Assembly: GCA_026770705.1 (NCBI GenBank)
Contig: JANJGN010000038.1
Span: 8,928,001 to 8,992,000, forward strand
DNA: 64,000 nt
Source of the DNA: Isurus oxyrinchus
Taxonomy: Eukaryota
Reading direction: 5' to 3'
Shown: positions 13,711-27,070 of the stretch, piece after piece
Numbering within the stretch: the first letter of the stretch is position 1
Layout of the letters: the number at the start of each line of letters is the position of its first letter
Made by a program: the position numbers and the translations under genes
The notes under the pieces: model-generated
The model's database searches: none
What the model was told of the DNA's origin: nothing
Seen by the model: the letters and a program-made list of their open reading frames with translations, nothing else

Positions 13711-14621
13711 TCATCTTTTAAATAATTTAACAAGCAGATTCAATGGGAATTTCACACCATTCTTTAACTCTTCTCTGAACTTACTCTGGGTCCCTGCATA
13801 AATAAACGGATTGATGCAAGAACTCAGGAGCTGAAGCATACGTGCGCTTTCCTCCATAAGAAAATTTGATTCATTGAAATTGGTAGAGTCTGCATAGCTA
13901 AGATTCGCAATTCGGACATAGAGGAAGTTTATAAGTCTTAACAAATGTAACAGGATGAAACTGCCCGAGATACAGAAGAGCAAAACCATGGACTTCCTTC
14001 TTTTCTGCATCTCTGGGTCACTTTGATTCTCTCCATTGCTCTGGATCCGGAGTCTCCTGCGGGCTCGACTGGCCGCTACAATGTGTCTGATGGTCAGAGC
14101 ATTGAGCAGTAAAATAAGGAAGAAGGAGAGGCAAAGGGTTAAAACGGCGATTATGCTTTCATAAGCGACCCATTCAGGTGCCGTGTAAAATATTGATTTT
14201 GAATTGCATTGCCAGGGTATATTGTCAATGATAAAGGCAGGCTCACACATAAAATACAAGGGAATGCTTTTAACACAGTTAAGTACAGAGACAGTTGCTA
14301 TCACCGCAGCCGCCATTTTCTCAGTGCAATATTTAATTTTCAGCTTCTGGCAGCAAATGGCTACAAATCGGTCAAAGGTGAAAGCCACTGTTACCCAGAC
14401 AGAAGAATCGATGACTCCATAATTTAGCACAAGTCTGAGGCTGAAGACCGGAGTGATGGCCAGGAGACTGAACGGGAAATAAATACCTATAATCCGGTTT
14501 AATATCACAACTGTGATCCCGACAAGAAGATCCGTCACGGCCATGGACATCAAGTAGTAAGTGATACATTTGGAGAGACCGCATCTTCCTCGAGTCAGTA
14601 TCACAATCACGACCAGATTAG
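13711..14621 (-). CDS. GPR139/GPR142-like class A orphan GPCR, gene 1, exon 2 (intact; spliced protein ~326 aa)
   Basis: Acceptor ctgtcacAG ahead of 14621, phase 1. Encodes TM1(end)-TM7 with MAVTDLL (TM2), FTFDRFVAIC (DRY-like), CINPFIY (NPxxY) and a helix-8 FR motif. Stop at 13711-13713. Confidence 0.92.
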
Positions 14622-15868
14622 CTGTGACAGCGAAACGCAGCCACCGAATAGCCAATTTTGGGAAAGAAATTTAGAACATAAAATGTTGGAAATTCTCAGT
14701 CAGGCAGCAGTTGAAAAGAGAGGAACAAGTTAGCATGTCAGAAAGATGATCTGGAGGAAAATATCCTAAAACACAGCAATCTGTTCTGTACTATCAGCAA
14801 CACTAAGGGCTAACTCAAGGTGAACATTGAACGTCCTGCATTGTGACTCTGAAATACAGTCAATGTTGTTCTCATTCAACGTTTAGAGACGGGAAAATGT
14901 AACAATACTCTGAAACATTGGAAAATCGAAGGTTAACAAATACATTATAGAGCTTGAAAAAAGTTCAGCAAAAAAAAAGCTACTACTTAACTGAAAAGAA
15001 GATGAAGGGGATGTGATGCATCTGAGTTGTAACAATTCGAAGTTAAAGGAACAAGGCTTCACAGCCACGAGTAAAACTAATCATGCTTACTATGGCTCAG
15101 TTTACAGCAATCTCACTTTTGAGTCAAAAGGTTTAGCGTTCAAGCCCAACTGTTGGACTTCAGCAACGTTGCACTGCCGGATATGCTATATTTCAGCTAA
15201 AACAAAAGACTGAGGACCGGTCGTGAATACAAAATCTTACTTAAGAAATAGCTGTTATTCACATTCCAGCGCAAGGAGCAATATATGCACATGGCAAAGT
15301 GAGGTAATTCAACAGCTGTGTCAATAACACCATAGAGCTACATTTGCAGCGTGATAAATCAGCCATGGTGACAGTGTCAATAATACAATTGATTTACATT
15401 GCACTGTGATATTAGTGTGCTAAATACTTCGCCCACATTAATAATGACAATAACAACATCTAATTACGTTTAGACTGAGAGGCGGCACTGCTAAGTTGGC
15501 AGAAAAGTTTTATTTAAAGAGATGAAACGGCATTGACGAAGCAAACATAGTAATCCCTGAAATGGAAGTAAGTATAGTGGCAATGGGAAGAAACTGTTCT
15601 CGTGAAGGGGAGAAATTGTAGCCTTAAAGTGGAGAAAAGAGACCAGTAATGACCAGTAATATTGCAAGGAAAGGGAAGGTTTAATCTCATTTAAAAGAAG
15701 AATGCACCAAACGTTGGAGATAAGGCTACTGCAAAAAAGGGAAAACATTATAAAAAAACAAATTATCCTGTTAATGGGGTGAATCATAGAGAAGCAGTAC
15801 AGCTAAATTAAAGAAGTGATAGAGTGAAAAATCATTCTGGTAACTGGTAACTAACCCTAATACTTTAC

Positions 15869-15938
15869 CTGGAATACCGATAGCTGCAAGAACAGGATAG
15901 TAAATGGCGAACACCAGACCTTTTGGTATCCCATGCAT
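15869..15938 (-). CDS. GPR139-like GPCR gene 1, exon 1
   Basis: ATG at 15938 (alternative in-frame ATG at 15947), MHGIPKGLVFAIYYPVLAAIGIP, then G|GTAAAG phase-1 donor. Splices in frame to give IGIPANLV, like GPR139 TM1 LGLPANIL. Confidence 0.88.
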
Positions 15939-15989
15939 TTCTCTCATAAGCTCCAAGTGGGCTCTGTGCTACACCGAAAGACTGTTAGA

Positions 15990-16051
15990 TTTATACATGA
16001 TGTCAGACTCTAGGGAGACAATGAGAAGGTTTGGCTTTTTACATTAATTAC
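15990..16051 (-). promoter_or_regulatory. Core promoter module of GPCR gene 1 (homeodomain site, O/E-like site, TATA)
   Basis: Minus strand: GTAATTAATG at 16051, CTCCCTAGAG at 16017, TATAAA at 15995. Same spacing as in genes 2 and 3. Confidence 0.65.
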
Positions 16052-16499
16052 ACTAACTGAAAAAAAACATTTTAGTGCAGCTGCTGCCACGCTCGTGTTT
16101 ATATTTTTGATGGAATGGAATCTGTTTTCAAGGACATTGGCGCGACAGGAGAGTACGGTCCAAGTTGCATTTTTTCCTAAAATTTAAATAACAAGCCAAA
16201 TAAGCCATTGTAATTGTGAAAGTGAGCACTATGCACGAACATCCATGGCTTTAAACCCCGCAAGAAAACATTACAAAGTTCTCACTCTTGATCATTTTTC
16301 AGCCCGTGTGTACATGGATCACGTGTAATGTGGGTCCCTTTTCCTTCTGGAATGAGGAACCAATCAGTAGCCATCCATCATCAGCCTCTCTGCCTGCTTG
16401 GACGTCAACTCACGACGAAAAGTTTCTCAATTAACTCTGTAAATGAAACACCAATGCTATGGGTATTGGCTTGTGTCCTATTTCTGTTTGGCTTTTGGA

Positions 16500-17950
16500 T
16501 GGATTTGTAGCAGAATTATTGATCCAGTCCCACTCAAGCACCTCCATCACACTTTTGCCTGATATATTCATGACCAGATCAGTATTGATCTCGTTCAACC
16601 CCCGAACTGGAAAATGAGGTTACGTTTGCTTTGGAATGTAACCCTCCCCATGCCCTTACTTGCTCCATGTTTGAAATTTATATTTTCTTCTGCCACTTTG
16701 ATGTGGACACATCGGGCAATTGGCTATGGCCCAATATTCAACAGAAGCTCACCAACAACCAGCTATCTTGAATACACATCCATGCACATCGTTTACTGGA
16801 AAGGAACTTTTCCGTTCTCTCAGAATCTCAGTTTCTGCAGAATATGTTCGATTATCCCTTCTAGCTCTCTCCAATAGAGCTTCCAATTACTTCAGCCGAG
16901 TATTTCCAGCGCACCGTGGTTGACAGAACCCAGCGCCATGCATGTAACATGTCTCATACTTCTGCTTTCACACCTTCTCCCCCTCCAGGATCCACAATAG
17001 GCTTCTCCTTGCCCTTGCCTACCATTCCACACATCTCTTGTATCATTTGTTCCACCTCTGCATTTTCAAACTCATCGGCATGTTGTCACTGCCCAATATG
17101 CCCAACTCACTTCTACTCTATAACATTGAGAATGGGTCTTTGCTCCACTCCGCACTTGCCTCCTCCAAAATCAATCCAACCCTTCCTTTTCCGAAGAACC
17201 TTCCCATGCACGCAATGAACATGCAACGCCAGCCTCTGCCTCCCTGCCCTTCTCTCTGTCCTACGTCCCAAACAATGCTTCTAAATGAAAAATCGATTTG
17301 TTTGAACTTCTGTCCATTGAGTATACCCTGTTCACTGCTCAATATGCAGCCTGCTCTACATTCTGGAGGTTAAATGTAGATTGGTGATAATTTCTCAGGT
17401 ACATCCATTCGGTCCACAAGTGTGATCTTCTGGTCACTTGTCAACCTACTTATCTGTTCCGCTCTCACTTTGACATGACTGTCATTGAACCCTCCGACTG
17501 CTCCAAGGAAATGGAACCTGTGCTTCAGGAGTAAAATCTCATATTTCCTTAAGGCACTTTCTAGGCTATTGGATTTTCCATAAATTTCAACAATCGTGAT
17601 CACACCCACTGCATTTTTCTTCCTTCTTTGCTCTTTGTTATTGCGTTGGGAAAACATTTCTTGATTTTGATTCTGTTATAAACAGTTTGCCATGTTTTAG
17701 ACATTCCTCTTCTGCTTTTCCTTGTTCCACTTTGACTTCGACCATCACTGCTTTTGTCATTTGATTTCTCCTGTTTTCCCATTTACCAGAAGCATCTCCT
17801 TTTGAACCTTTTTCCCCCAAATCCGTTTTTTGCCTCTACACTTGCATTAAAACTGTTCCATCTGTAACTTTTGACTGATCTGATGAAAGGTCACATGCTG
17901 CCGGATATCTTGAGTATTTCCATCGTTTCCTGTTTAATTCCATTCAGGGT
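16500..17950 (+). mobile_element. Degenerate Penelope-like retroelement
   Basis: ORF 16614-16877 contains SYLEYTSMH...FPFSQNLSFCRICS, matching the PLE RT C-terminal motif (YLDYTSSHP..IPFSQFLRLRRICS). Ends with a ctgatgaaaggtcac-type PLE terminus. Confidence 0.65.
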
Positions 17951-19010
17951 GTTTACATTCAGTGTAGAAATGTGCAGCTCGGCATGGTTATATTCACAGT
18001 GCACACGCCTGGTTTGGCACGGTTACTTCCATTGTGGACTAGTTCAATTCAGTTAGTGTAGCCATGTCAATCCTGGCAATAACGAAAGTGCACAGGTGTG
18101 TGAATTTACATTTTGTGTGGCAAGATCCAGTTCAGGACGTGTGTGCTTGGTGCTTTCAGTTTAAGCTCAGTCCACTCACATTCAGAGAAGACAACCTCCT
18201 GCTGAGCATGATTAAATTAATGATGGAGCGCTCCAAATCAACATGGTTATATACCATGTAGAAAGTCCTGTTCAGCTCGTTAGCAATCACTGTTTAGTGG
18301 AAAACCAGTTTAGGAGATTATCACGCTGGTGTGACTGTCCAGTTCAGTAACTCTTTCGAGTACAAACCCATTTCCATCTGTTTCAGATGAAGTTACATTG
18401 TTTCATAGTTTGCCATTGTGAGATTTGAAAAGGAAATTGCATTCACTGCATTCAGGTTAAATTGTGCACAGCTGCACTCAGTACGAACATGCCAATTTCT
18501 ATCCTGTTACACTGATGTACATGGACGACTTTTTGCCCGATTATTATCAACTTTATCCGGTGGAAGACAACTACGTACAATGTGCACAGCCCCGGCTGTG
18601 AACACTTTCTTTCTTGCAGTGAAAAATTTCACTTCAGCGTGATTACATTCCATATAGAATAATCAATTTCATTACTGCTGTATTCGATGGAGACAGGACT
18701 GGTCGAGCATGGTTACGTTTCGTGTAGATTTATGAAAGTCTGCTCGGTGTTAATAAATGTGTACATGGACATTTGCATTCAGACTGGACTGGTTTAGTTC
18801 TGCATTCTTACTTTTAATTTGACCTTCTGTGGTTCACTGTGGTGGACAGTCCCAATGGATCACTGTGAACCTTTTAATTTCCCAGCAGCTATGCTTCGTG
18901 TGCAGATGTCTTGATCAGTGAGGTTACATTCAATTTGCGTAATTGCAGTTCTGTAGCATGATTTTCAGTGCAGACGGATCTCGGCCGGAGAGATTTTATT
19001 CATTGTGATT
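17950..19010 (+). repeat. Degenerate minisatellite, ~32-bp unit
   Basis: Recurrent ggttacattcagtgtagac...gttcagcat-like unit. Reverse-orientation relatives occur at ~27170-27530 and ~30450-30780. Confidence 0.55.
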
Positions 19011-20149
19011 TTCCACGACAAAATCCAGGTCTATTGTTAATGATAAAGGAAGGTTCATAGGCAAAGTACCAGGGGATGAGGAGGTTCTGGAGACTTTGGA
19101 ATTGTCTTCTCCAGAAAACAAGAAACGGCAGGGGCACTAAATATATTCAAGGCATAGTTAGACAAATTATTGATCGACAAGAGAACCAATGGTTACTCAG
19201 TCTGACAGGAAAATGGAGTTAAGGCCAGGATTACATTAGTCATGAACTCCGATGGGTTTCACACAGTGTTGACAACAAAATGCATCTTAGGAGAATTGAA
19301 TGGAGCAGTTAACAGCAGCAACAGAGTTAAAAGTGCTCTTCATAACAGTTAATCGATTGCAACTATTTGATAAATTTACGAATAAACATGTGGAGGGTAA
19401 ACAAAAATATGGAAAAATACATACCACTATCATTTACAGTTTCACGCCAATTAGAAAATATGCTGATCTGTAATGGTTAAGCTCAAATCGCCACAAAAAA
19501 ACACCCTCCCACAAATTATATTCCTTCTCCCACAGTTTGCTCTTTCAGTTATCCAACAACAATCCTTCGCAATGTCCTCTTCTTATCTAAAATATTTACT
19601 GTATCACTGGCTTATTTTTGGCAGCACTTTGGATACAAAACTTACTGTTGCTTCATTTTGAACCTTCTAAATGCTGTGAAAAGTTGAGACCCAAATACAA
19701 ATCTTGCGAATCAGCTGTCACCCCCTGTCAATTGAACTGTATTCACATTACCGATCAACAAATTAAATGAGCTTTGTACATATCACAGCCATCGCGCGTT
19801 AAATTTATGTCGATATCAATTTAAATTAACATCTAGGCATGTAAAATAAATGACCTGTTTAACTAAGAAATTCTGGTTTTAATGACATTACTGAAGTAAC
19901 AATTAAACTACATTGTGCAGCATTTGTATCATTTCCAAAACGTCCGTCAACACAAGACACAGAAATCGCGGACATACATAAAACAATCTTGAATGTTTTG
20001 CTGTTGGAGGACAGCCAAACATCCGGAGAAGCTAAACAGTAAACATCTGACCCTCAAGGCTTCACAGTTGAACAAAGATTGAAAGGACTTAATTCCGGAA
20101 AAAGAAACGTAGAATTCAGATTCAGAATGTCTCCGTTTCGTATTTTGAG

Positions 20150-20303
20150 TGGCTCAGAAAACTGACTGGAAAATAAACAGCCGTAAACCGGCTTAATATC
20201 AGTGTAATGATAATAACATGGAGATCTGTCACCGCCATGGACTCTGCGTATCTGCAAAGACCACATCTTCCTCTGGAACGGATCACGATAGTCAGCTAGT
20301 TAG
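20150..20303 (-). pseudogene. Truncated GPR139-like exon-2 pseudogene fragment
   Basis: (CT)n tract plus cttacAG acceptor, then AN*LTIVIRSRGRCGLCRYA-ESMAVTDLHVIIITLILSRFTAVYFPVSFLS. Has an in-frame stop, a small deletion, and is truncated after TM2/ECL1. Confidence 0.8.
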
Positions 20304-20310
20304 CTGTAAG

Positions 20311-20352
20311 GGAGAGAGCGAGAGAGAGAGAGAGAGAGAAAGGAGAGAGAAG
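20311..20352. repeat. (GA)n microsatellite
   Basis: gagagagcgagagagagagagagagaga... Confidence 0.9.
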
Positions 20353-23099
20353 GGAAAAATTAGTTTTGGAACTCCAAGCTACAACATCCGTTTGGCGGGA
20401 GAATGGTATGGCACACGGACCATCAATACTTCATTCAACGCTGGAACTGATTAATTTGCCAATGTATTAATGCTAGTCCATTTTTTGATTTATATTGTCC
20501 CAAATAGAGTGGAAGTCGGAATATAAAATGACACAAAACACTTACTTTCCGTTTCATGTAAATTTTATGTAATCTAGAAATAGAGGGATTTGATCTTCAC
20601 TAACATATTAAATTGACATAAGGACAACCTGAAAATGGCATTAAAATACAGGTCAAAGCTCAATACATTTATTCATTTATAAATACAGTAAATAATAACG
20701 TTATGAAACGTTAAACCGCTATAATAATGAAACCAATCGAATCACAGGAAATAAGTTATGGGTAATAAGTGATTCCTATTAAATATCAGAAGGAACCAAG
20801 GTACGATGAAAAAGAAAAATTGAGCGAACACCATTGATTCAATTTGGGCTTTGCCTTTGTGGAAACTAGTCAAAGCGCATCAAAGGCTTTTTTGCAGTTC
20901 AGTGATTGCTGTAGTGGCAGATTAGGTCTCGCAGCAGTAGTGAGGATTTTCAACTGATATAGCAGAAAGACCTCGGTCTAGAGCCTCGAAAGAAGGACGA
21001 CAGAGTAGAATTCCTCAGCGGCATGGAGCTGGGCTACAGACACGCGATCGGAAGTAGGGAACAAACACAGGGCTTTCCGAACGAACACTGAGATTTCAAA
21101 ATTTAGCTCCGCTAAATAATGTGGCTACGAGTATAATGAATTCCGGCTCCGAAGGGTATCACACAGCCTTGAAAACAAAGTGCACTTCTAAGGAGAATTG
21201 AATGCGGCTGTTAACCGCAGCAACGGAGTTAAAAATGGTGGTCATCACAGGTCATCGACTGCAATGATTGCTGTTAAAGTTACGCATTGCAAATCGAACA
21301 CCAATAAACATGTGGCGGGTAAACAAAAACATGGAAAATACTTACCACTATCATTTATAGTTTCACGCTAATTAGAAAATATGGTGACGTGCAATGGTTA
21401 AACATAAAGCGCCAGAGAAAAACAGCCTTCCCCAAATGGTATTCTTTCTCCCACAGTTTGCTCATTCAGTTATCCAACAACAACCCTTCGCAATGTCCTG
21501 TCCTTCTGTAAACTATTTACTGTACCACATGGCTTATTTTCGGCAGCAATTTGGATTCGAAACTTTCTGTTGCTTCATTTTGATCCTTCTAAATGCGGTG
21601 AAAAGCTGAGGCCCACATACAAATCCTGCGAATCGGCTGTCACTCCCTGACAATTCAACTGTAATTGCATGATCCATCAACAAATTAGATGAGCTTTGTA
21701 CACACCGCAGCCATCGTGAGTTAAATTTACATCGATATCAATGTGAATTAACAACTAAGCATGTAAAATAAATGACCCATTTAATGAAGAAATTGAGGAG
21801 TAAATTACAATTTGAATTAACAGTTTAACTATATTATGCAGCATCTGTATCATTGCCAATAATCCTGTCAACGCAAGAAACAGAACGCCTGGGAACTCAT
21901 AAATCAATCTTAAATGTCTTGCCATTGGAGCACAGCCAAAAACCCGTAGAAGCTATATAGTAAACATCTGACCCTCAAGGATTCACAGTTTAGCAAATGT
22001 TGATAAGAACTAATTCTGGAGAAAAATATAGAATACAACGAACAATGCTAGATAGTACAGTAAGCTACAGAGACAAGACGCATGCCCCTGTGAAAGCCAT
22101 TACCCAGACACAAAACTGCAGAGACATAGCTCAGCCATCTGTAGGATAAAAAGGGTTGAGTTATGAGAGAATTCCATTTAAAAGTTAAGAAAAATGTACA
22201 CTTTACGGTGAAGAAATTATACTAGATTTTAAGAATAACTTCTTCAAATCATTATTTGTTTGAATATCCAGATTGTTCAATAAAGTGGATTTATAATCTT
22301 ATGCTTTCTTACATAGCATTGCTAGGTTATATTCGGTGATATAGTATTGATATACATATGAGTTGTAGCCTCATACTGAATTCCTCACAAACCCACATAT
22401 AAGTAACGATATCATAGAAATCTTAAGTTTCCTTTCTAAGGGCGGATATTGGTAAACTTTTAAAGAGTTTTTTCTTTCTGTAATATACCTGCAGTAATGT
22501 TCTACCCTGGCATAATTTTGTTGGTTCGACAACTCCGAGGAGCCGTCTGAGTTGTTTTGAATTTGTACAGAGCAGTTGTTGGGGGCGGAGAGTGGCGGTG
22601 GGGGAGTAAAGCAGTCGGATCAATGTTACATTTCGAAAAGACCATAGGGAGGAATAATTGATTAGGTTCGATACATACCGATAATGAGAGAGCGGGGTCA
22701 TGGGAATATTCTTGAATGAATATTGTGCTGCAATGCGAATGATGGGCAGTGCCAATTATTTTGGATAGATACTAGCCTATAGTGAGAAGAAAGAAAATTG
22801 TGAATTATTTTAGATTGGTACAGTCTTATTGTGAGAATAAAACACCAGGGTGAAATATCTCGGATTGCCAGAGGCTTACACTTAGAAAATAGGGCAGAGT
22901 GAATTATTCCAGGTTCGTACCAGGTTGAAGCGAATTGCTAGGCAATGTGAAATGTTTTGAACTGAGACAGGCATGTAATGAGAGAGCCGAGCAGTATGAA
23001 TGCCCCTTGGATTGATACAGGATTGGAGTGAAAAGGCAACAATGTGTGAATTTCAAGGATTCTTTTACTGTAGGGATATAGACGAAACAGTGAATGACC

Positions 23100-23295
23100 A
23101 CACACCCCCCACCCCCTCTCTCTCTATCTCTCCGCCCCCCACATACACACCTTAAACCAGCTTATATTTCAACTCTTTCTTGGACTCAAAATCAAGTTCT
23201 GTCGAAGGGTCATGAGGACTTGAAACGTCAACTCTTTTCTTCTCCACCGATGCTGCCAGACCTGCTGAGTTTTTCCAGGTAATTCTGTTTTTGTA
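23100..23295 (+). mobile_element. Penelope-like terminal repeat fragment with minimal hammerhead-like motif
   Basis: Near-identical to 41365-41470 (caagttctgtcgaagggtcatgaggact.gaaa.gtcaactcttttcttctcc.ccgatgctgccagacctgctgagtttttccagg). Confidence 0.7.
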
Positions 23296-26200
23296 ATGAT
23301 TTTCGATGCATTTAGGCCTGTAGTGAGAGTGCAGGGCCTATAAAATTGTTTAGGGATGATACAGGGCCACGGTGATAGAGTAAGGCACTGTGAACAATTT
23401 GGCTTTCTGCATTCATCTGTTCACATTGGGAAATCCTCATATCATAATGTTACCAGGACATTTGGAGACAGAAGGAACTCATTCAGTCCTTCGCAAACAT
23501 TCAGGATCTCTGAAGCACAGTTTAGTCAGTCTCCCCCTCCCCATTTTATCTCAGTGACCCTTCACGTTTATTTTCATTAAGTAGCTATCACATTTCCATT
23601 TGAAATCACGAGTCATCTCCGTTTCCACCACAATTGTAGGCAGCACTTTGAGGTCGTGAAAACTCGCTACATAAACACCTTTGTTCATCACGTGCTGCCA
23701 GCACATTTCGCACGGTCCTTAAAACGTTGCACCCAAGCAACTTTACGATCGGTAACTGGGAACATATTTTCTGCTGTCTACCTTACGTCAACCCGTTTAA
23801 TCTAGGAAGTTTCTACCAAACATCTCATCAATTCCCTTTCCTCCGATGAGAACAACCCAAGCTCCACTCACCGAATATTGCTGCCAAGGCGCCGCATCCT
23901 TGTTAACATATTTATGGTCAATTTCTCGATTTATGAACTCGAAAATTCCGCAGCCTGTTGTAACGATACTTTCAACATGTCATGGCACCTTCGAATATCG
24001 ATTCACACGGACCCTCAGGTCCCTCTGTCCTTGTGCACTGTTTATAACTTTAACATTAAATGGATGTTGTTCCTCACTGGCCATTTTACTAAATCTAGAA
24101 TTTCCTGGGTTAAGTCCCACATGCCACTTTTATTCAGATGCTGTAGACTTCTGAAATCGGAACTCCTCTTCCTAACTCTTTCCAACATTCTGATATGTCA
24201 GAGTCCTCGTATTATTGTCTATGAAACAGATTAAATGTTGCGTTTCTAGTTTGATCTAAAACTAACATTGCCTTCTTCACCTTGTTTCGCGCTTTTATTT
24301 CAGTAATTGGACGAGCACAGGCTTAGCTAATTTAGTTTAAATTATTTGCAACTACACTAGCTGTGCAACATTACGGGTCGCAGCTTTGTTGTTTTGCACA
24401 ACGGCCCTACTGAAGAAGTGCCTCCAGCTGATTCCCCTTCCCCACCCCACATGACCACCCACTCCACTTCCCACACTTCCCTGATGAATCCGTACTGCTC
24501 CATGTTGAGCGCCACTTGCAAGAAAGACTAAGAGGTGCAAGGTCGCAGAATGAACTCTAGGGGCTTCAGTGTCCATCACCAAGCGCGTCTCTGAAGCACC
24601 GGTAAAAATTGACCTGGTTGCATGCTCAAGGAAACACTGACCAGACTATGCCTGTAGTAGGTGGTGAGGGAGCCAAAAACAGGGAAGAACACATGTTACT
24701 TGATCATACGTAAACTACCTGTAGTAGATGCCGAGGCACCTATCCACCATAGTATTGGGAGAAGCCTCCAGTACACATTCTGTGTAAACATGAAAACTGT
24801 CACACTGTCGTGTTGTGTGGCGCTCCCATTGTGCTAAATCAAATCAAGAAAATCAAAGCCGGATTTCAATTAGGTGCAGTGAGCCATCAGCAGCTGTAGC
24901 ATTGTATCAAATGTTAGTTTGTAAACTCATGGCCCGTTATATCCCTCACTTTGACATTACCAACAGATGAAGGGATCAATTCTGATAAAGTGAAGGGTGT
25001 CGGACAGCATGCCAAGGCCTGCACCCACCGGACCTAAAAAGGAGGTTTCGACCTGGTGTAGTAAAAGAAAACAGAAACCTGTGCAATCCAAGCAGCTTAA
25101 AAAGCATGTGATTGACAGCAGTAAGATATCCCACAAAGAATTGGTCAAACCAAAGATCTGCAATCCTTCCACATGCAATCATGAACAGCGGTGGACAATA
25201 GAAGAATAAAGAGAAAGAGGGTATTCCAAAAATATCCCTAACCCTAAAGATGGGGGAGTCCAGCATATCGGTGCAAAAAGAGATGGCTGAAGGATTTTAA
25301 TCCACATTCAGCCAGAACTCCCGAGTGGAAGATCCATCTCAGACTCCTCCTGAGGTCTCTATCGTCCCAGGGTTCTGTCCTCACCCAATTCGATTGTTTC
25401 CATTTAATATAAAAGACGATTGAGTACAAAGTATGCCACAAAGGCAACGGGCCCGAAAAAAGAGCCGGCTGTAGAATTGAAGATTAGTGCTTCAGAACAA
25501 GCTGACTCTATTTCCGACTTCTGCGCATCTTAGAAAGCTGGCAATGACTCAAACAATTGGAAGCTGCCCAAATATGGCCTGTCCAGAAAAGGAAGGAACA
25601 ATCCAGTCCGGTCAAATATCGCCACATTAGTCTACATTGCATTACAAGCAAAGTGATGGAAAGTCTTGCCATTTTTGTTAATGGTTGGTCGAAATCATTC
25701 ATTTGAATGGCGCTGCGCTTCAATAAGAGCTTCGTGGTATCTTTGTAATGTTTCCCTGTCCTTCCCTGGAACGTTGGCCACTTAAGTGATGGAAAATTTA
25801 GAGCATGTGGTGTAGGGTCGATTTCTTTGAGGCATGAGCATAAATTTAAAATGAATAATAGTTCATTGCAGTATTAATGGAGAGCTGCGCTGATTGAAGT
25901 TCGGCAAATCGTGTGGCATCTAAAACTTAAGCCATTTTCACGATCCCAGGTGGATGCAAGAAACATCATGTGGAGAATTTGGCTTGGAGGCGCTTTATAT
26001 GAATTAAAAATATCCCTATTTTTGCCCATAGCTTCGGTCACATTGAGCAAAACCCTGTTGCTGTGGACTGTGCGTCGACCCAAGTTATTTATTAATACTG
26101 AAACATACACAGAAGTATCGGAGTGCATGTGCTTAAAAGTACAAAGATTGGTCAAAGGGGAATATGATATTCTAACGATAATAGAAATCTGCCACAATAT

Positions 26201-26439
26201 GTGGGGTGATTGAAAGTTTCATATTCCTGTTTGTAATGCATTTTTGAATCATTCCTTTTAACTCTTTGCAAAGTAAACGTCTCTCATCTTCCCACTGTTC
26301 TGCGAGTGATGGAACATCCCAGGTAATGTGGCAGCTCAAGTGCAATTTATCAGCTCCCAGCAGTTGGGTTATGTGTTTGATATGAGGAACACATTATTAC
26401 TAGGACTGCAATATTGTCTCCACTTAATACTGATACCAC

Positions 26440-27070
26440 CTTTTCTATTTATCCCTGCAATATGGCCCTAGGTGGCAAGCTCAATCTTTATTGCGAATTG
26501 CTAATTTTCTTTAGAATTTCATGGTGAGCTGCCTTCTTGAGCCTCTTCAGTCCATGTGTGCTATCTTCATCCATAATACTGCAAGGCAGGAAGTTTCACA
26601 GTTTGACCAAGTGATGAAAAATATTTTCAAGTTTCGAGCGTGAGTGAAATGCAGCTGATGGTGTTTCCATGTGCCTGTTACCTTTGTTTTCCAAGACAGT
26701 AAAACCCGGACTTTGGAAGGTGCAGTTGCAGAATACTGATAACTTGATTGTTTTGCCCCATGGGATGTGGGCATCGCGCAGAAGGCCATATTTGTTATCA
26801 ATTTGAGCGCAGTTAAGAGGCAGACATTTTACTGTGGGTCTGCAGCCACATGTAGGCCAGATCGGGTAAGGACGGCACATTGTCTTCCCTAAAGGACTGT
26901 AGTGAAGCAGATGGGTGTTTGTAACAATCGATGACCGTTTTTTGTGGGCACAGTTACTGAGACGAGCTTGATAATCTAGTCGCATTAAATGAATTAGCTG
27001 CCATGTTATGATTTAAAACGATGTCACAAAGTTATGTGCCTCGGCCTCTGGATCACCCTATCACGCTGCC
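26440..27070 (-). mobile_element. LINE 3' fragment plus SINE copy
   Basis: Similar to 7945-8300 (LINE tail) and to the SINE at 1-240 / 38570-38910. Confidence 0.6.

Larger units (their letters stand above)
19250..22030 (+). repeat. Direct segmental duplication, two ~0.85-kb copies (~19250-20130 and ~21150-22030)
   Basis: Colinear matches, e.g. aataaacatgtgg.gggtaaacaaaaa, ctcccacagtttgctc.ttcagttatccaacaacaa, gtaaacatctgaccctcaagg.ttcacagtt. Confidence 0.9.

Noticed and set aside
14622-14655. ORF-track N-terminal extensions of the GPCR ORFs (also 32725-32767) that suggest single-exon genes
   Set aside because: They start at non-ATG codons inside introns. The true N-termini come from upstream exon 1 via conserved phase-1 splicing.
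19423-19510. J-segment-like element on the minus strand (T-rich nonamer-like run, Phe codon 34 nt before a GT donor); also in the duplicate at ~21346-21430
   Set aside because: No FGxG motif (reads FSNW) and no heptamer at a 12- or 23-nt spacing.
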